In this document: positions 20,968 through 30,707 of the stretch, piece after piece
How the letters are laid out: each line of letters begins with the position of its first letter
Position numbering within the stretch: the first letter of the stretch is position 1
IMG/VR virus record: IMGVR_UViG_2897109615_000002
Span: 1 to 64,000 of that record
Length of the DNA stretch: 64,000 bases
Direction: 5' to 3' (one strand)
DNA from: an uncultured virus (IMG/VR IMGVR_UViG_2897109615_000002)
Lineage: Duplodnaviria; Heunggongvirae; Uroviricota; Caudoviricetes
Notes under the pieces: model-generated
Database searches by the model: none
What the model saw: the letters and a program-made list of their open reading frames with translations, nothing else
Told to the model about the DNA's origin: nothing
Position numbers and translations under genes: made by a program

Positions 20968-21060
20968 TGCATCACCTCGCTTCCTATATTTCTAATATAC
21001 TCGCATCTCATCAATTAATCAATAACTATTTTATTTTTATTCTAAATATTTTTTTTAAAG

Positions 21061-21080
21061 TAGGAGAGTTTCCTCTCCTA
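21061..21080 (-). terminator. rho-independent terminator
   Basis: taggagag-tttc-ctctccta hairpin closing the Cys-rich cassette. Confidence 0.65.
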
Positions 21081-21096
21081 CAGTACAATAAGGCTG

Positions 21097-21261
21097 CTAA
21101 TGGTTTTGAGTTCGTTTATGAAATACACGAACAATTATTGCTGCTATGAAGAATAAGGCAAACAACCCAAAAGCCATTGATCCATCCTTTAAAATTATCC
21201 CAAAGATCAACAATGCGCAACCAGACAAAATAAATAGTATTTTACTTAAGATATTGATCAT
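21097..21261 (-). CDS. 54-aa two-TM membrane protein, candidate immunity protein
   Basis: MINILSKILFILSGCALLIFGIILKDGSMAFGLFALFFIAAIIVRVFHKRTQNH; ATGA-coupled to the upstream gene. Confidence 0.7.
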   Translation of the reverse strand: MINILSKILFILSGCALLIFGIILKDGSMAFGLFALFFIAAIIVRVFHKRTQNH

Positions 21262-22016
21262 TTACACTTCTCCATACAATCAAAGAATGCATTTACACCA
21301 ATAATACCAGCAGAATTTACACAAGCATAGCAAGCAGTCCCCGCTGTTGCTGGAACACCAGCTGTGCATGCAGCTCCACATAAAATAGCTAAACCGGTAA
21401 TTGCCCATTGGCTAATATTCTTATCACCTAAGCAATCTGATACGCATCCAGTCCAACTCTTCTGAGCACTCATCATGTTAGATGAACTTACTTTGTCCTC
21501 TGAAGTTTGTTTTGTTTCAAAGACCCCTGACTTGTCCTCATCCTTAACACCATTAACCCAATAATTCATTTCGTTTTGAGTGCTGCTGATTTTCTTCATG
21601 TCAACTTCATAGTACTCTTCAATATTCATATCGCTATCAAACGAAACATTAAATGAGCTAACTCTGTCTACTTTTTCAGTGTCCACGTATAAATAAGAAA
21701 CCGAATAAGTTACTGTGCCATCATCATACTTGATCCCTCTAACTGATGCATTATCAAATACCTTTTCGTTTGATTTATGATATTTAATGTCTCCATCTTC
21801 AATTGCTTTTTCTGCCTTAGATAGAAGTTTTTCCTTAGTCTTTTTACTCACATCAATAGTGTGATCTGCAATAAATTCTGCCTCTGATTTTACTTTATCC
21901 TTGTCGACATTATCTGTTGAGATTGTGCTCTTTGCATCACTGTTCGAAGGAAATGTTGAAAAGGCCAGGACAAATACGGCAACTATTGCTAAGATCGTTC
22001 GATAAAAATTGTTCAT
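21258..22016 (-). CDS. secreted protein with C-terminal 8-Cys halocin-C8-like bacteriocin domain
   Basis: Sec signal peptide; acidic pro-region; CVSDC, CGAAC, CYAC and CMEKC in a hydrophobic tail. Confidence 0.7.
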   Translation of the reverse strand: MNNFYRTILAIVAVFVLAFSTFPSNSDAKSTISTDNVDKDKVKSEAEFIADHTIDVSKKTKEKLLSKAEKAIEDGDIKYHKSNEKVFDNASVRGIKYDDGTVTYSVSYLYVDTEKVDRVSSFNVSFDSDMNIEEYYEVDMKKISSTQNEMNYWVNGVKDEDKSGVFETKQTSEDKVSSSNMMSAQKSWTGCVSDCLGDKNISQWAITGLAILCGAACTAGVPATAGTACYACVNSAGIIGVNAFFDCMEKCK

Positions 22017-22203
22017 TAAAATATCCCCTTTGTAAAAATATAATTCTCATCTGGCACCAATACTTATCAAACAAACAATCTCATAAATCACCTTCTTTCT
22101 TTAATAAATGCTACCAATCATATAAATAATTGTTAAGAAATACTGATGATTTTGAATATTAAGTAACACAGATGTCCTTATATCAAGAGGATATTGCTCA
22201 CCT

Positions 22204-22401
22204 TTATAAACAACTTATGTAATTTTGTAATTCCTTAGATTTAGTAAAAATCTCACCGAATTTTTTGTCTATAGTTTTCCATTGTCTTTCAGATGTTGAA
22301 GGCAACTCATTTTCAAGGTAAATGAACAACTCATCAACTCTGCTGCTAAGTTGATCCATATTTTGCACAAGCGTTTCTTTTATTGGATCAGATATGTACA
22401 C
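22204..22401 (-). CDS. hypothetical protein (YorZ-like)
   Basis: 65-aa ORF with RBS; synteny. Confidence 0.6.
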   Translation of the reverse strand: MYISDPIKETLVQNMDQLSSRVDELFIYLENELPSTSERQWKTIDKKFGEIFTKSKELQNYISCL

Positions 22402-22415
22402 GGATCCGTCCTCCC

Positions 22416-22643
22416 TTATGAAAAGATAATTACTGCCTTGCTGTTGTTATTTTTTATGTATGGAGAATATTTTCGTTCAAGATAATTCCTTGACGTTCCT
22501 TCACCAATGCTCACGTTATAAACGATCTTTACTTTATGTATGTCTAATGCCTTTCGTTTTGCCTGTTCAGGTGATAGTGCCTCAATTATCAAAGACGTAT
22601 TTTCGTCCTTGTGATCTTTACATCTAACATAGTACCTTTTCAA
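22416..22643 (-). CDS. hypothetical protein (YorX-like)
   Basis: 75-aa ORF; synteny. Confidence 0.6.
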   Translation of the reverse strand: MKRYYVRCKDHKDENTSLIIEALSPEQAKRKALDIHKVKIVYNVSIGEGTSRNYLERKYSPYIKNNNSKAVIIFS

Positions 22644-22680
22644 TAAACATCCCTTTATCCTTTCTTTTTATCCTGTTGTA

Positions 22681-22899
22681 TTAATCCTCTTTTAGGTAAG
22701 TCTTAAAAAACTCTTCTAGGTTTGCAGCAATTGCACCGACAACTTCTGCATAATGTGTATGGCTCTTCTCTTCGGATCTTAAAAGTTCAACTGCAGACTT
22801 AGCAATCGCTTTTATTTTCTCCTCGTCTAATTTTCCGCTTCTTACTTCGTCTTTAATCTTTTCGGCTTTCTCTTTTAAGCTTTCTGGATAGTTAACCAT
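22681..22899 (-). CDS. hypothetical protein (YorV-like)
   Basis: 72-aa ORF; synteny. Confidence 0.6.
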   Translation of the reverse strand: MVNYPESLKEKAEKIKDEVRSGKLDEEKIKAIAKSAVELLRSEEKSHTHYAEVVGAIAANLEEFFKTYLKED

Positions 22900-22958
22900 A
22901 GGATCGATTCACCTCTTGTATTTTATTTTTTCTCTTTAAAAGAGATATTTCAAACACT

Positions 22959-23002
22959 TTCACAAACACTTCACACATTTCAAATATTTAACATGCTAGA
23001 CT
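22959..23002 (+). promoter_or_regulatory. candidate PhoP boxes and extended -10
   Basis: TTCACA at 22959 and 22970 (11-bp period), TTAACA at 22988, then TG-N-TAGACT. Confidence 0.45.
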
Positions 23003-23041
23003 GGAGATGTAATCACAATCAAAACCTAGGAGGTAATTCTT

Positions 23042-23389
23042 ATGAAAAAGTTTTACAAAGGATTGATTGTTTCTGCTCTATCGCTTACAGCACTAGCACT
23101 CCCTGCATTCACATCACAGGCTTCTGCTTTAACCCCTGTCAAATCAGTTGATCAAGTTAAGCAGCTAGGTGATCCGCTTGGTACAGTTGATTTTCACATG
23201 CTGAGGAATTCTAACGTATCTCTATTAAAAGGCTACACCCGTTGGGAAATCGTATCTGGAAGCAACCTTATAAGCATTAGTTCCAGTGGTGTCGTATCCT
23301 CTCATTCAACTTTGGGCACTGCATTGGTTTACGCGTATGACATTAACGACAATTATGTGATTTATAAAATTACAGTAGAAGCACGTTAG
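23042..23389 (+). CDS. secreted YjdB-like protein with Ig-like beta domain
   Basis: Signal peptide ending ASA; ISISSSGVVS...GTA...ITV Ig-like pattern; own RBS and terminator. Confidence 0.7.
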   Translation: MKKFYKGLIVSALSLTALALPAFTSQASALTPVKSVDQVKQLGDPLGTVDFHMLRNSNVSLLKGYTRWEIVSGSNLISISSSGVVSSHSTLGTALVYAYDINDNYVIYKITVEAR

Positions 23390-23396
23390 TTTACGA

Positions 23397-23419
23397 AGGA
23401 GTGTTAATTCACTCCTTTT
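23397..23419. terminator. bidirectional terminator
   Basis: aaggagtg-ttaatt-cactcctt between convergent genes. Confidence 0.7.
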
Positions 23420-23428
23420 AACTTTGTA

Positions 23429-23926
23429 TTACTCAAATAAATGAATCAAACCCTCTACAATATCATCGCTAGACCACTGCTCTGTATCCCATGAATATGT
23501 ATGTAATCCTGCATCGTTCATTACTTCTCTATATAACTCTAAGACCGGTTCAATGTCTCGATCATTTATGTATTCGTCACCGCGTTCACTTAAACGCTGC
23601 TTAATAACTTTCGGATCAGCATGTAAGTAGATCACTTTTGCTTTATATCTAATCTTCTCCTCGATTACCCTTTGCTGCTCTTCCGTTAAAATTGAATAAT
23701 CCTTGAACTTTCTCGCATAAACCAAATTTGAATATATGTATCGATCAATAATTACATTGTCCTCATCGGCAAGCTTGTTGAAGTGTTCGAACAGCTTCTT
23801 ATTTCCGCTCTTGGCCAATTCAAAGCTGGATCCCTTTATTACCGGATATCCGAGTTCTTTGCTTAGCTTATCTGCTACTGTTGATTTGTAGCAGCAGTCA
23901 GTGCCTTCTAAGATAATCATCGTCAT
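23429..23926 (-). CDS. yorR: deoxynucleoside monophosphate kinase
   Basis: ILEGTDCCYKST P-loop and IIDRY motif. Confidence 0.85.
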   Translation of the reverse strand: MTMIILEGTDCCYKSTVADKLSKELGYPVIKGSSFELAKSGNKKLFEHFNKLADEDNVIIDRYIYSNLVYARKFKDYSILTEEQQRVIEEKIRYKAKVIYLHADPKVIKQRLSERGDEYINDRDIEPVLELYREVMNDAGLHTYSWDTEQWSSDDIVEGLIHLFE

Positions 23927-24081
23927 TTATTTTCCACCCTTCTTACATTGCTGAAACCAATCACTTTATATGAGCCGTCTGGATACTCAACTTCTAATTG
24001 CTCATGTCCTTTATCAACTTGTACAACAACACCAATCTCTCCTGTGAAACCTACAATCACCTTCTCTCCCTTTTTAAACAT
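23923..24081 (-). CDS. yorQ: small SH3-like protein
   Basis: MFKKGEKVIVGFTGEIGVV...; 52 aa; synteny. Confidence 0.65.
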   Translation of the reverse strand: MFKKGEKVIVGFTGEIGVVVQVDKGHEQLEVEYPDGSYKVIGFSNVRRVENK

Positions 24082-24085
24082 TCAA

Positions 24086-24289
24086 TTAACCTCCTTTAGC
24101 TGGATTTATTTCATGCTCCTTGAAGAATGTAATATCACCTGTTTCATCACTGACCGCGTAATCATATGTGGCAGAGTGCATCAACTCAACAATCTTCCCT
24201 TCTCTTCCAACATGATGTGGGCAAGCGTTCTTTGCATTCTCATTTATGATGACTTTTAACCCTTCTGGATATGACCAAAACTTCGGCAA
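24086..24289 (-). CDS. yorP: YorP family protein
   Basis: MPKFWSYPEGLKV...CPHHVGREG. Confidence 0.8.
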   Translation of the reverse strand: MPKFWSYPEGLKVIINENAKNACPHHVGREGKIVELMHSATYDYAVSDETGDITFFKEHEINPAKGG

Positions 24290-24300
24290 TTAACCGCCTC

Positions 24301-25008
24301 CTAACTAATAATCGAGATTGTTCCACTTTGCTTACCAAAATTAATTGCGTCACGCTCGGTTGCTACAAGCAAGTCCACTTTATTTCCAACGATTGCGCCT
24401 CCAGTATCAATTGCAATTGCTTTGAACGTTTCCCCACCAATTCTTACTTCAACAATTGAATTCAAAGGAATAACGCTTGGATCGCTTGCAATAACACGAT
24501 ACCCTTTATAATAGATTGATTGAGTAACATCAACACCTGTTCTAGTTGTTCCTGTGCATCCTTCTTGGCAGTGTGCAATATAAGCACTCAGCTTAACCTG
24601 GACGGTTTTCTTTGCGGCCGGTGGCTTGTTTTCTTTTTCTTTAATAATAATTTTATTTTTATTCTTAATAACTCTATGCTTTGCCTTCTCACCTCCTCTC
24701 ATGTGCCTTTTCTTACTTTGCTTAGGTTTAATGAGTTTTGCTGAGATAATCTTCTCTGTATGCCTTTTTAATTGTTGTTCTTTGTTCGTTTGAGCTTTTT
24801 TAAATAGCCGTAAGACAATATTCTCACTTGATGGTATCCTAATCTGTCCAGACTTCTTATAAAATGATTCTTTTATTAAGTCTTCATTTCCCTCTGTTTT
24901 ATGTAAATGCTGTTCATAACTTATGTAAGAAAAAGTGGTTAAGGGAATTAAAATCATCATACCATAAACGGACTTGAAAATGTTCATTTTTATTTTATTT
25001 TTATTCAT
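24301..25008 (-). CDS. yorM: membrane-anchored 3D-domain protein
   Basis: SAY...GCTG.T.TG, IASDPSVIPL and AIDTGGAI.GNKVD motifs. Confidence 0.85.
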   Translation of the reverse strand: MNKNKIKMNIFKSVYGMMILIPLTTFSYISYEQHLHKTEGNEDLIKESFYKKSGQIRIPSSENIVLRLFKKAQTNKEQQLKRHTEKIISAKLIKPKQSKKRHMRGGEKAKHRVIKNKNKIIIKEKENKPPAAKKTVQVKLSAYIAHCQEGCTGTTRTGVDVTQSIYYKGYRVIASDPSVIPLNSIVEVRIGGETFKAIAIDTGGAIVGNKVDLLVATERDAINFGKQSGTISIIS

Positions 25009-25034
25009 AAAATTTTTATTGATAATCCTGCCTC

Positions 25035-28000
25035 CTATGCCTCAGCTCTTTTGGTTGTTAGGCTGATATTCCCTTTCCTGTCTACATGATCAATTCTACA
25101 GACCGTGTGGCTATAGATGCTGTTCTTATATACTTTAGGAATAAAGTTGTTGCCTCTTCTGAAACCAGTGAACATGAGCAAAGTTCCTCTGGTATACCAA
25201 GACTTCTCAACAACCTCTTTCTTGCCGCCGGCAACAGGTCGAGAAATCTGTTTATTATAATGTCCAAAGCTGCCAGCCCACTGTTTAACTGTAACCACTC
25301 CTGTAGGTGTAAGGAGTGTGATGGTGTGCTTGTTTTTATCCCTGTCTAATACGGTTCCTATAATTCGAGTCGTTTCATATTCATACAGAGTTTTTCCTCG
25401 CCATTGATATGGTTTCCCTTTGATCGGCTCTTCTGGCAACTCATAGAAATCAGCAATATCATACTTAGCAAAGTTAACACCAGCAAGTTCATGATCGTTA
25501 TAATAATAACTCAATGAATCCATCTCCCATTTACCAAGAGATCCATCGGCATACTTAGACCACTCTTTCTTAAGCAAGCAATTGTTAAGTCCACTTAAGG
25601 CTTCTTCAGTCGATATCCAGTTTTTGATTTTGGACATTTTACTGTCATATTCTTTTTTAAACAATCTTTCTGATACAACAAGTTGACCATTAATCATATC
25701 AACGATTCCGCTTTCACTGAAATGTTGATTGTAAAAGTCGGAAGACATATCATCTAATAAGAAAAGCCTGTCTTTTGGAGATTTCATTGTCTTGTAAACC
25801 TTTTTGCTGATGTATTCTTTGAAACGGAAGAATCTAATTTCTAAAGCATATTCCTGGGGAACAATATTGTTTTCGATTAGCATTTTTAAATTCGATAAAG
25901 TCAGTTTGGTTTTAGGCTCAGATATCAAACTAATAAAGGATTTCATTATTTTTTGTCTATCACCAAAAGAATCAAAACAACCACCTTTTATTAGTTGGAT
26001 CATCTGTCCTTTTTTAAGGATGCTACTTTTGAACATTCTTTCGATGAAGTCGTCAAAGTCACTGTATGGCCTATTTACAATTATTTGATGAACAACATCG
26101 TCACCAATTCCATTCATTCCTTTTAATCCAAATATAATAGAGTTACTTTCCGTATCTGCTTTAAAACCAAAATTTGCGCTATTGATATCAGGTAAATCAA
26201 CTTTAATTCCTCTTTTTCTGATATTCCCTATAGCTGCAGCCACTTTCCCATAGTTTGTGGCGGCTGATTTTTTGGTGGCCTGATCTTCTTCGCTCTCAAT
26301 TCCACCACTGTTGACCGTTAAACAAGCTGTGCTCCAATACAATGGGTTGTACTTATAGTTAAGGTTCAATTCTTGAAGAGCAATAATAGAATATGCAAGA
26401 GTATGCAGGCTGCTGAACGAGTATCCGAATTGTCTTTTAAATTGTACTTCCCAGACATATTTTAAAAGGTTTTCAGATGTTCCCAAGCTTCGCCCTTTCT
26501 CAAAAAACATTGTCTTTATTGCATCAATCATTTTTTTGATTTTTTTGGCTATCCCTTTTCTTAGCTTATTAGATTCTTCAATGGTAAACCCAGCAATTTC
26601 TTTGTCCATGGATAGCATCATAACTGATTCCTGTGTATCTGCGATCCCGTATAGACCTTCTTCTGGTTTATATAGATGTTTTTTAAGTACATCCATTTCT
26701 TCTGAACTTAAATTGTAATTTCTCATTTCTTGATACCAGTGGTCGATGTCTTTTTTAAATCTTACATATGTATCTACAGGCTGTTCTTCCCCTTCTGACA
26801 TCAGTCTCATTAAAGAATTTGTTACGGCTGTTTCCAATAAGTTTTTCGGCTTAACTTTAACAACGGATTGGTTGCCCACTTCTGTATCAAACTGAAACAA
26901 ATCCATTATTTCTCCTTCGCCAGCCATTTCCCATATTCTCTTAGAGTTATACTCCAAAGTATCTGGATGCAAATACTTAGTATAAGTTCTTTTTAAAGTT
27001 CCTTGGGACTCTATTTGATTGTCTTCGATAAGCTGGTCTAAGGCTACTCGAATTTTATCTAATCCCTCAATAGTCAACAGATCATACTTAACTGAACCCA
27101 TTGCTTCACTGTCGCCCATATTGAACTGTGTGATATATGCTCCTTTTGGTGTCCTCATCATTGCGTTTGATTTGGTGTATTCATCATTGAATATTAGGAC
27201 GCCGGCTGCATGAGAAGATCGTTTGTTAGTTAAACCTTCAATTTTCAGACAGGTTTCTTTCAGATTGGGATATCCCTCGACCTCTCTAATAAATTCCTTA
27301 ATAGGCTTTCTACCTAATTTTTCATTGCCAAAGAAGCAATCGGAGAGAGTCCAGTTTGCTCCCCTTTCAAATGGAATCATTCCACTTAAATATTGAGAGA
27401 TATCATTATCAATTCCTAAGCCTCTGCAAGCAGTTTGAAGTGCGGATTTAGATTTCTCAGTTCCAAAAGTGCAAATCTGCAGTACTCTTTTTTCTCCAAA
27501 CTTGTCCCTTAATGCTTTTAAGATTCTTGGACGCTTAGATCCTTCAGTATCAATATCGATATCCGGCAAATCTGGTCTCGATTTATGTATGTGACGCCAA
27601 TGAGGAAGATTGTACTGCATTGGGTTAATTTGCGTAATGTCTAACAAGTAATTTACTAAAAAACCTGCTGCGCTCCCCCTTGCTGCTCCAACTAAGCTGT
27701 CTCCTCCACATTCATCATCCCAAATTGTATTGATGATTTCCCGGACGGTAACATAATAAGATGACATGGCCTGTTTTAGCTTCTCACTAATTTCCCATAG
27801 CTCACCCAATTCTAGATCAATCCGTTTTAAAATTGAGTGCAACTCTTTTCTAGACATATCCTTTTTCATTAGCTTTGCCTTAAAACCATCTTCAATTAGC
27901 TTTAACAAATACCTGTCCTGTTCTTCATCAGATTCAGCCATTAATTTTATATATTTATATTTCTCATAAGCCGGCTTGAACAAATGGGATAATTCAAACT

Positions 28001-28964
28001 CAGGTAAAGCCATTTTTGGAATAATTGGTTCGTGCTCAATAGTATAGTCTTCAATCATCTCTCCAATTAGCAATGTGTTTTCAATGGCCTCTTTGATTAT
28101 CTCTTTGTCCATGTAGTCCATTCTCTCATGAATTTCATCAACATTCTGAACAAAACATGCCTCATAAAAAGAGTCGACTTCTCTCTCTCCATCCTTTGCG
28201 TTTAAAAAGGCTTGATGAATTGCCCTGTCTTCCGGTCTAAGAAAGTGTGCATCGGTTGTGACAATCACTTTCAATCCATAGCCGTTAGCTATATCAACAA
28301 GTTTCTTATTACAATAAATCTGTTCTTCACTTAAAGCTGGCTGAAGCTCAATAAAGAACTTATCTTTCCCAAAGACTTTTACACACCATGTTATAAACTC
28401 ATGAATTTTTAATTTGTTCTGCTTGATTGACTGAATGTCTCCGCTTTCTTCGCATTCTTTGATTCTGAGTAAATTGATATTCACCTCAGAGCCAAGACAA
28501 GCTGTTGTAGCGATAATATGACCTGGATCTTTGCTAAGCAGTTCTTCTACATCCTTTTTAACTGTTGGCACTCTTTCCATTGTTCCTGTGTAAAATGAAT
28601 TTTCCCAGGCTTGTGAAGATAGTATTCTTAGCTGCTCGTGTCCTTTAGGGTCAATTGCCAACATTAGAAAGTGCGGAAACTTTGTCTGTCCTGACTTATA
28701 GTTATCGCGGACTTCTTCCAGTGAATCGACTAAATATGCTTCATTCCCCAATATGAGTTTAAAATCTGCAGGCATATCTCCCTTCTTCTTCATTTCTCTG
28801 ACAGTCTTAATCGCTTCCAAATGTGCTGAAAGAACCTCATGGTCAGTAATAGCCAATCCTTTATAATTCATCTGAACAGCTGTCTTAAGCAATTCTCCAA
28901 CTGAGTTTGTTGAATCGAGTAGTCTTATGTTACTTTTATCAGTGTGGCAGTGACATCCAATCAA
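25035..28964 (-). CDS. yorL: DNA polymerase III alpha subunit (DnaE-like)
   Basis: PHP domain (HCHT, AITDH); RGSAAG, PDIDID, HAAG and YSFS..H motifs. Confidence 0.95.
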   Translation of the reverse strand: MIGCHCHTDKSNIRLLDSTNSVGELLKTAVQMNYKGLAITDHEVLSAHLEAIKTVREMKKKGDMPADFKLILGNEAYLVDSLEEVRDNYKSGQTKFPHFLMLAIDPKGHEQLRILSSQAWENSFYTGTMERVPTVKKDVEELLSKDPGHIIATTACLGSEVNINLLRIKECEESGDIQSIKQNKLKIHEFITWCVKVFGKDKFFIELQPALSEEQIYCNKKLVDIANGYGLKVIVTTDAHFLRPEDRAIHQAFLNAKDGEREVDSFYEACFVQNVDEIHERMDYMDKEIIKEAIENTLLIGEMIEDYTIEHEPIIPKMALPEFELSHLFKPAYEKYKYIKLMAESDEEQDRYLLKLIEDGFKAKLMKKDMSRKELHSILKRIDLELGELWEISEKLKQAMSSYYVTVREIINTIWDDECGGDSLVGAARGSAAGFLVNYLLDITQINPMQYNLPHWRHIHKSRPDLPDIDIDTEGSKRPRILKALRDKFGEKRVLQICTFGTEKSKSALQTACRGLGIDNDISQYLSGMIPFERGANWTLSDCFFGNEKLGRKPIKEFIREVEGYPNLKETCLKIEGLTNKRSSHAAGVLIFNDEYTKSNAMMRTPKGAYITQFNMGDSEAMGSVKYDLLTIEGLDKIRVALDQLIEDNQIESQGTLKRTYTKYLHPDTLEYNSKRIWEMAGEGEIMDLFQFDTEVGNQSVVKVKPKNLLETAVTNSLMRLMSEGEEQPVDTYVRFKKDIDHWYQEMRNYNLSSEEMDVLKKHLYKPEEGLYGIADTQESVMMLSMDKEIAGFTIEESNKLRKGIAKKIKKMIDAIKTMFFEKGRSLGTSENLLKYVWEVQFKRQFGYSFSSLHTLAYSIIALQELNLNYKYNPLYWSTACLTVNSGGIESEEDQATKKSAATNYGKVAAAIGNIRKRGIKVDLPDINSANFGFKADTESNSIIFGLKGMNGIGDDVVHQIIVNRPYSDFDDFIERMFKSSILKKGQMIQLIKGGCFDSFGDRQKIMKSFISLISEPKTKLTLSNLKMLIENNIVPQEYALEIRFFRFKEYISKKVYKTMKSPKDRLFLLDDMSSDFYNQHFSESGIVDMINGQLVVSERLFKKEYDSKMSKIKNWISTEEALSGLNNCLLKKEWSKYADGSLGKWEMDSLSYYYNDHELAGVNFAKYDIADFYELPEEPIKGKPYQWRGKTLYEYETTRIIGTVLDRDKNKHTITLLTPTGVVTVKQWAGSFGHYNKQISRPVAGGKKEVVEKSWYTRGTLLMFTGFRRGNNFIPKVYKNSIYSHTVCRIDHVDRKGNISLTTKRAEA

Positions 28965-28976
28965 TTTTCATCCCCC

Positions 28977-30707
28977 TTAAAACACAAGCTCTTTTTTCTT
29001 TGTACGAACCACCTCCAAGTCATAAATTTCAATTTGAGGTGTTTGTCTACCCTTATATTCATTTACCCTTGCCTTACCAACAACATTAAGTATTAAAGTT
29101 CCATTTGATTGAGTAAGTTTCTCAAAGTATTCTGTATCGCTTTTAAAGCGTATGTATTCAATATCTCCATGTTTAAACTTGACTGTTGTCTTGTTCTTTT
29201 TCCCGATGTGTTCAATTTGATCAACATCAACTTCTAGTTCTGTTATTGCTACTAATGGTTCTTCGACCTTATAGCCCCAATAATCTTTATAGCTATACAG
29301 CTTAATTAAAAATTCCTTTCTAAGTTGATTAGCTGGTATCTCAAAATCAACATTTTGAACATATTCTTCAATATCTATGTCTTTAAATTTTTCATTCAGC
29401 ACTTTGTTCACCAGTATTAAGTTCTGTCGTTTAATTGCAAAACCAGCTGCATTTGGGTGACCTTCAACAAACTCAAACAATCCAGTATCTATAAGCACTT
29501 TCTTAAAATCCTTTATAAACCCTTTGTCATACCCTCGTATAGAGCCACTCAAGATATCTTTACCTTTTTCGGGATCGTTTCTGGCTAACAAGACCGGCTT
29601 TTTATATTCTTCTGCAAGCTGATTGGCCACCAGACCAGTTAGACTCTTATCTAGAATTCCTTCAATGTAAATAATGAGTACTTTATTCGCTGTTAAACTT
29701 TTCTCCTCTATTCTATTTTTAATTTCCACTCCAGCTGCATCTGCAATCCGTTTCTGCTTTGCTTTTAGATTTCCTAGAATTCTAACTGTGTCATCATGTA
29801 TTGACACAAGCTCTGTTTCACTTTGCCCACGTTTTTTGTAGGGAACCTTTTCTTTAGAAAGAAGGAATGCTCTCATCATTTGATCTTTTTCTTCACTGCT
29901 TCCAACCCTAATGGCTGCGTTAATTAAAGGGTTAATAAAGAACTGTGTATTCTGTATGTTCTTGTCACCTCTGGTTGAAAAATCTTGCTTCTTAAACAGC
30001 TTCTTTAATAATGGATGCTTAATTTTCTTCAAGCCTTCATTCATAAAATACCTGGTTTCAAGGTTTCTTGAATCAGCCGAATCAGCAATGTTACCAATAG
30101 ATACAAGGTCTAAGAATTGTTCGGCTTCATTTTTATTTAGCTTTTCATCAACTGCCTGGCAAAATTTATAGGCCATTCCTGCACCGGTTAGAGTTTTATT
30201 CGAATAATTAGGCGAAAGTTGATTATTTACTACGATCGCATGTTCAGACTCTCGTTCACATTCATGGTGATCAATAACAATTATTTCTGTGCCTCTCTTA
30301 TTAAGAGCCTCATGTTCCTCAAATTGACTTGAACCTGCGTCTGGGATTATGACTAAGTCAACATCATCAGGAATTGTATCAATAAATATCCCATGTTCCT
30401 TCCCATCTTGAATTCTGTAATGTATATTTGCTTTCGGACAAATCTTCTTTATATAATTGATAATAATTGAACTTGATGTGTACCCATCTACATCGCTATC
30501 CACTTGAACAAATATTTTATTTTTATTCTCCAAATGCTTTATTAAACAATCAGATGCTTTATCAATGTTATCGAGTTTTGAAAAATGAATGACTGAGCTC
30601 TGGTTCACATCAATAAAGCTCTTCGGATTTTCAATCCCTCTGTTTATTAAAATTGTCGATAATGGATTGAAATTATAATCATTGTTTCCAATGAGCTTAT
30701 AAGCCAC
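28977..30707 (-). CDS. yorK: RecJ-like ssDNA exonuclease
   Basis: DSDVDG, DHH and GHPNAAG motifs. Confidence 0.93.
   Translation of the reverse strand: MAYKLIGNNDYNFNPLSTILINRGIENPKSFIDVNQSSVIHFSKLDNIDKASDCLIKHLENKNKIFVQVDSDVDGYTSSSIIINYIKKICPKANIHYRIQDGKEHGIFIDTIPDDVDLVIIPDAGSSQFEEHEALNKRGTEIIVIDHHECERESEHAIVVNNQLSPNYSNKTLTGAGMAYKFCQAVDEKLNKNEAEQFLDLVSIGNIADSADSRNLETRYFMNEGLKKIKHPLLKKLFKKQDFSTRGDKNIQNTQFFINPLINAAIRVGSSEEKDQMMRAFLLSKEKVPYKKRGQSETELVSIHDDTVRILGNLKAKQKRIADAAGVEIKNRIEEKSLTANKVLIIYIEGILDKSLTGLVANQLAEEYKKPVLLARNDPEKGKDILSGSIRGYDKGFIKDFKKVLIDTGLFEFVEGHPNAAGFAIKRQNLILVNKVLNEKFKDIDIEEYVQNVDFEIPANQLRKEFLIKLYSYKDYWGYKVEEPLVAITELEVDVDQIEHIGKKNKTTVKFKHGDIEYIRFKSDTEYFEKLTQSNGTLILNVVGKARVNEYKGRQTPQIEIYDLEVVRTKKKELVF

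Noticed and set aside
25082..29089. Many 60-95 aa ORFs overlapping yorL on either strand
   Set aside because: Shadow frames of a long conserved gene, with no RBS or motif support
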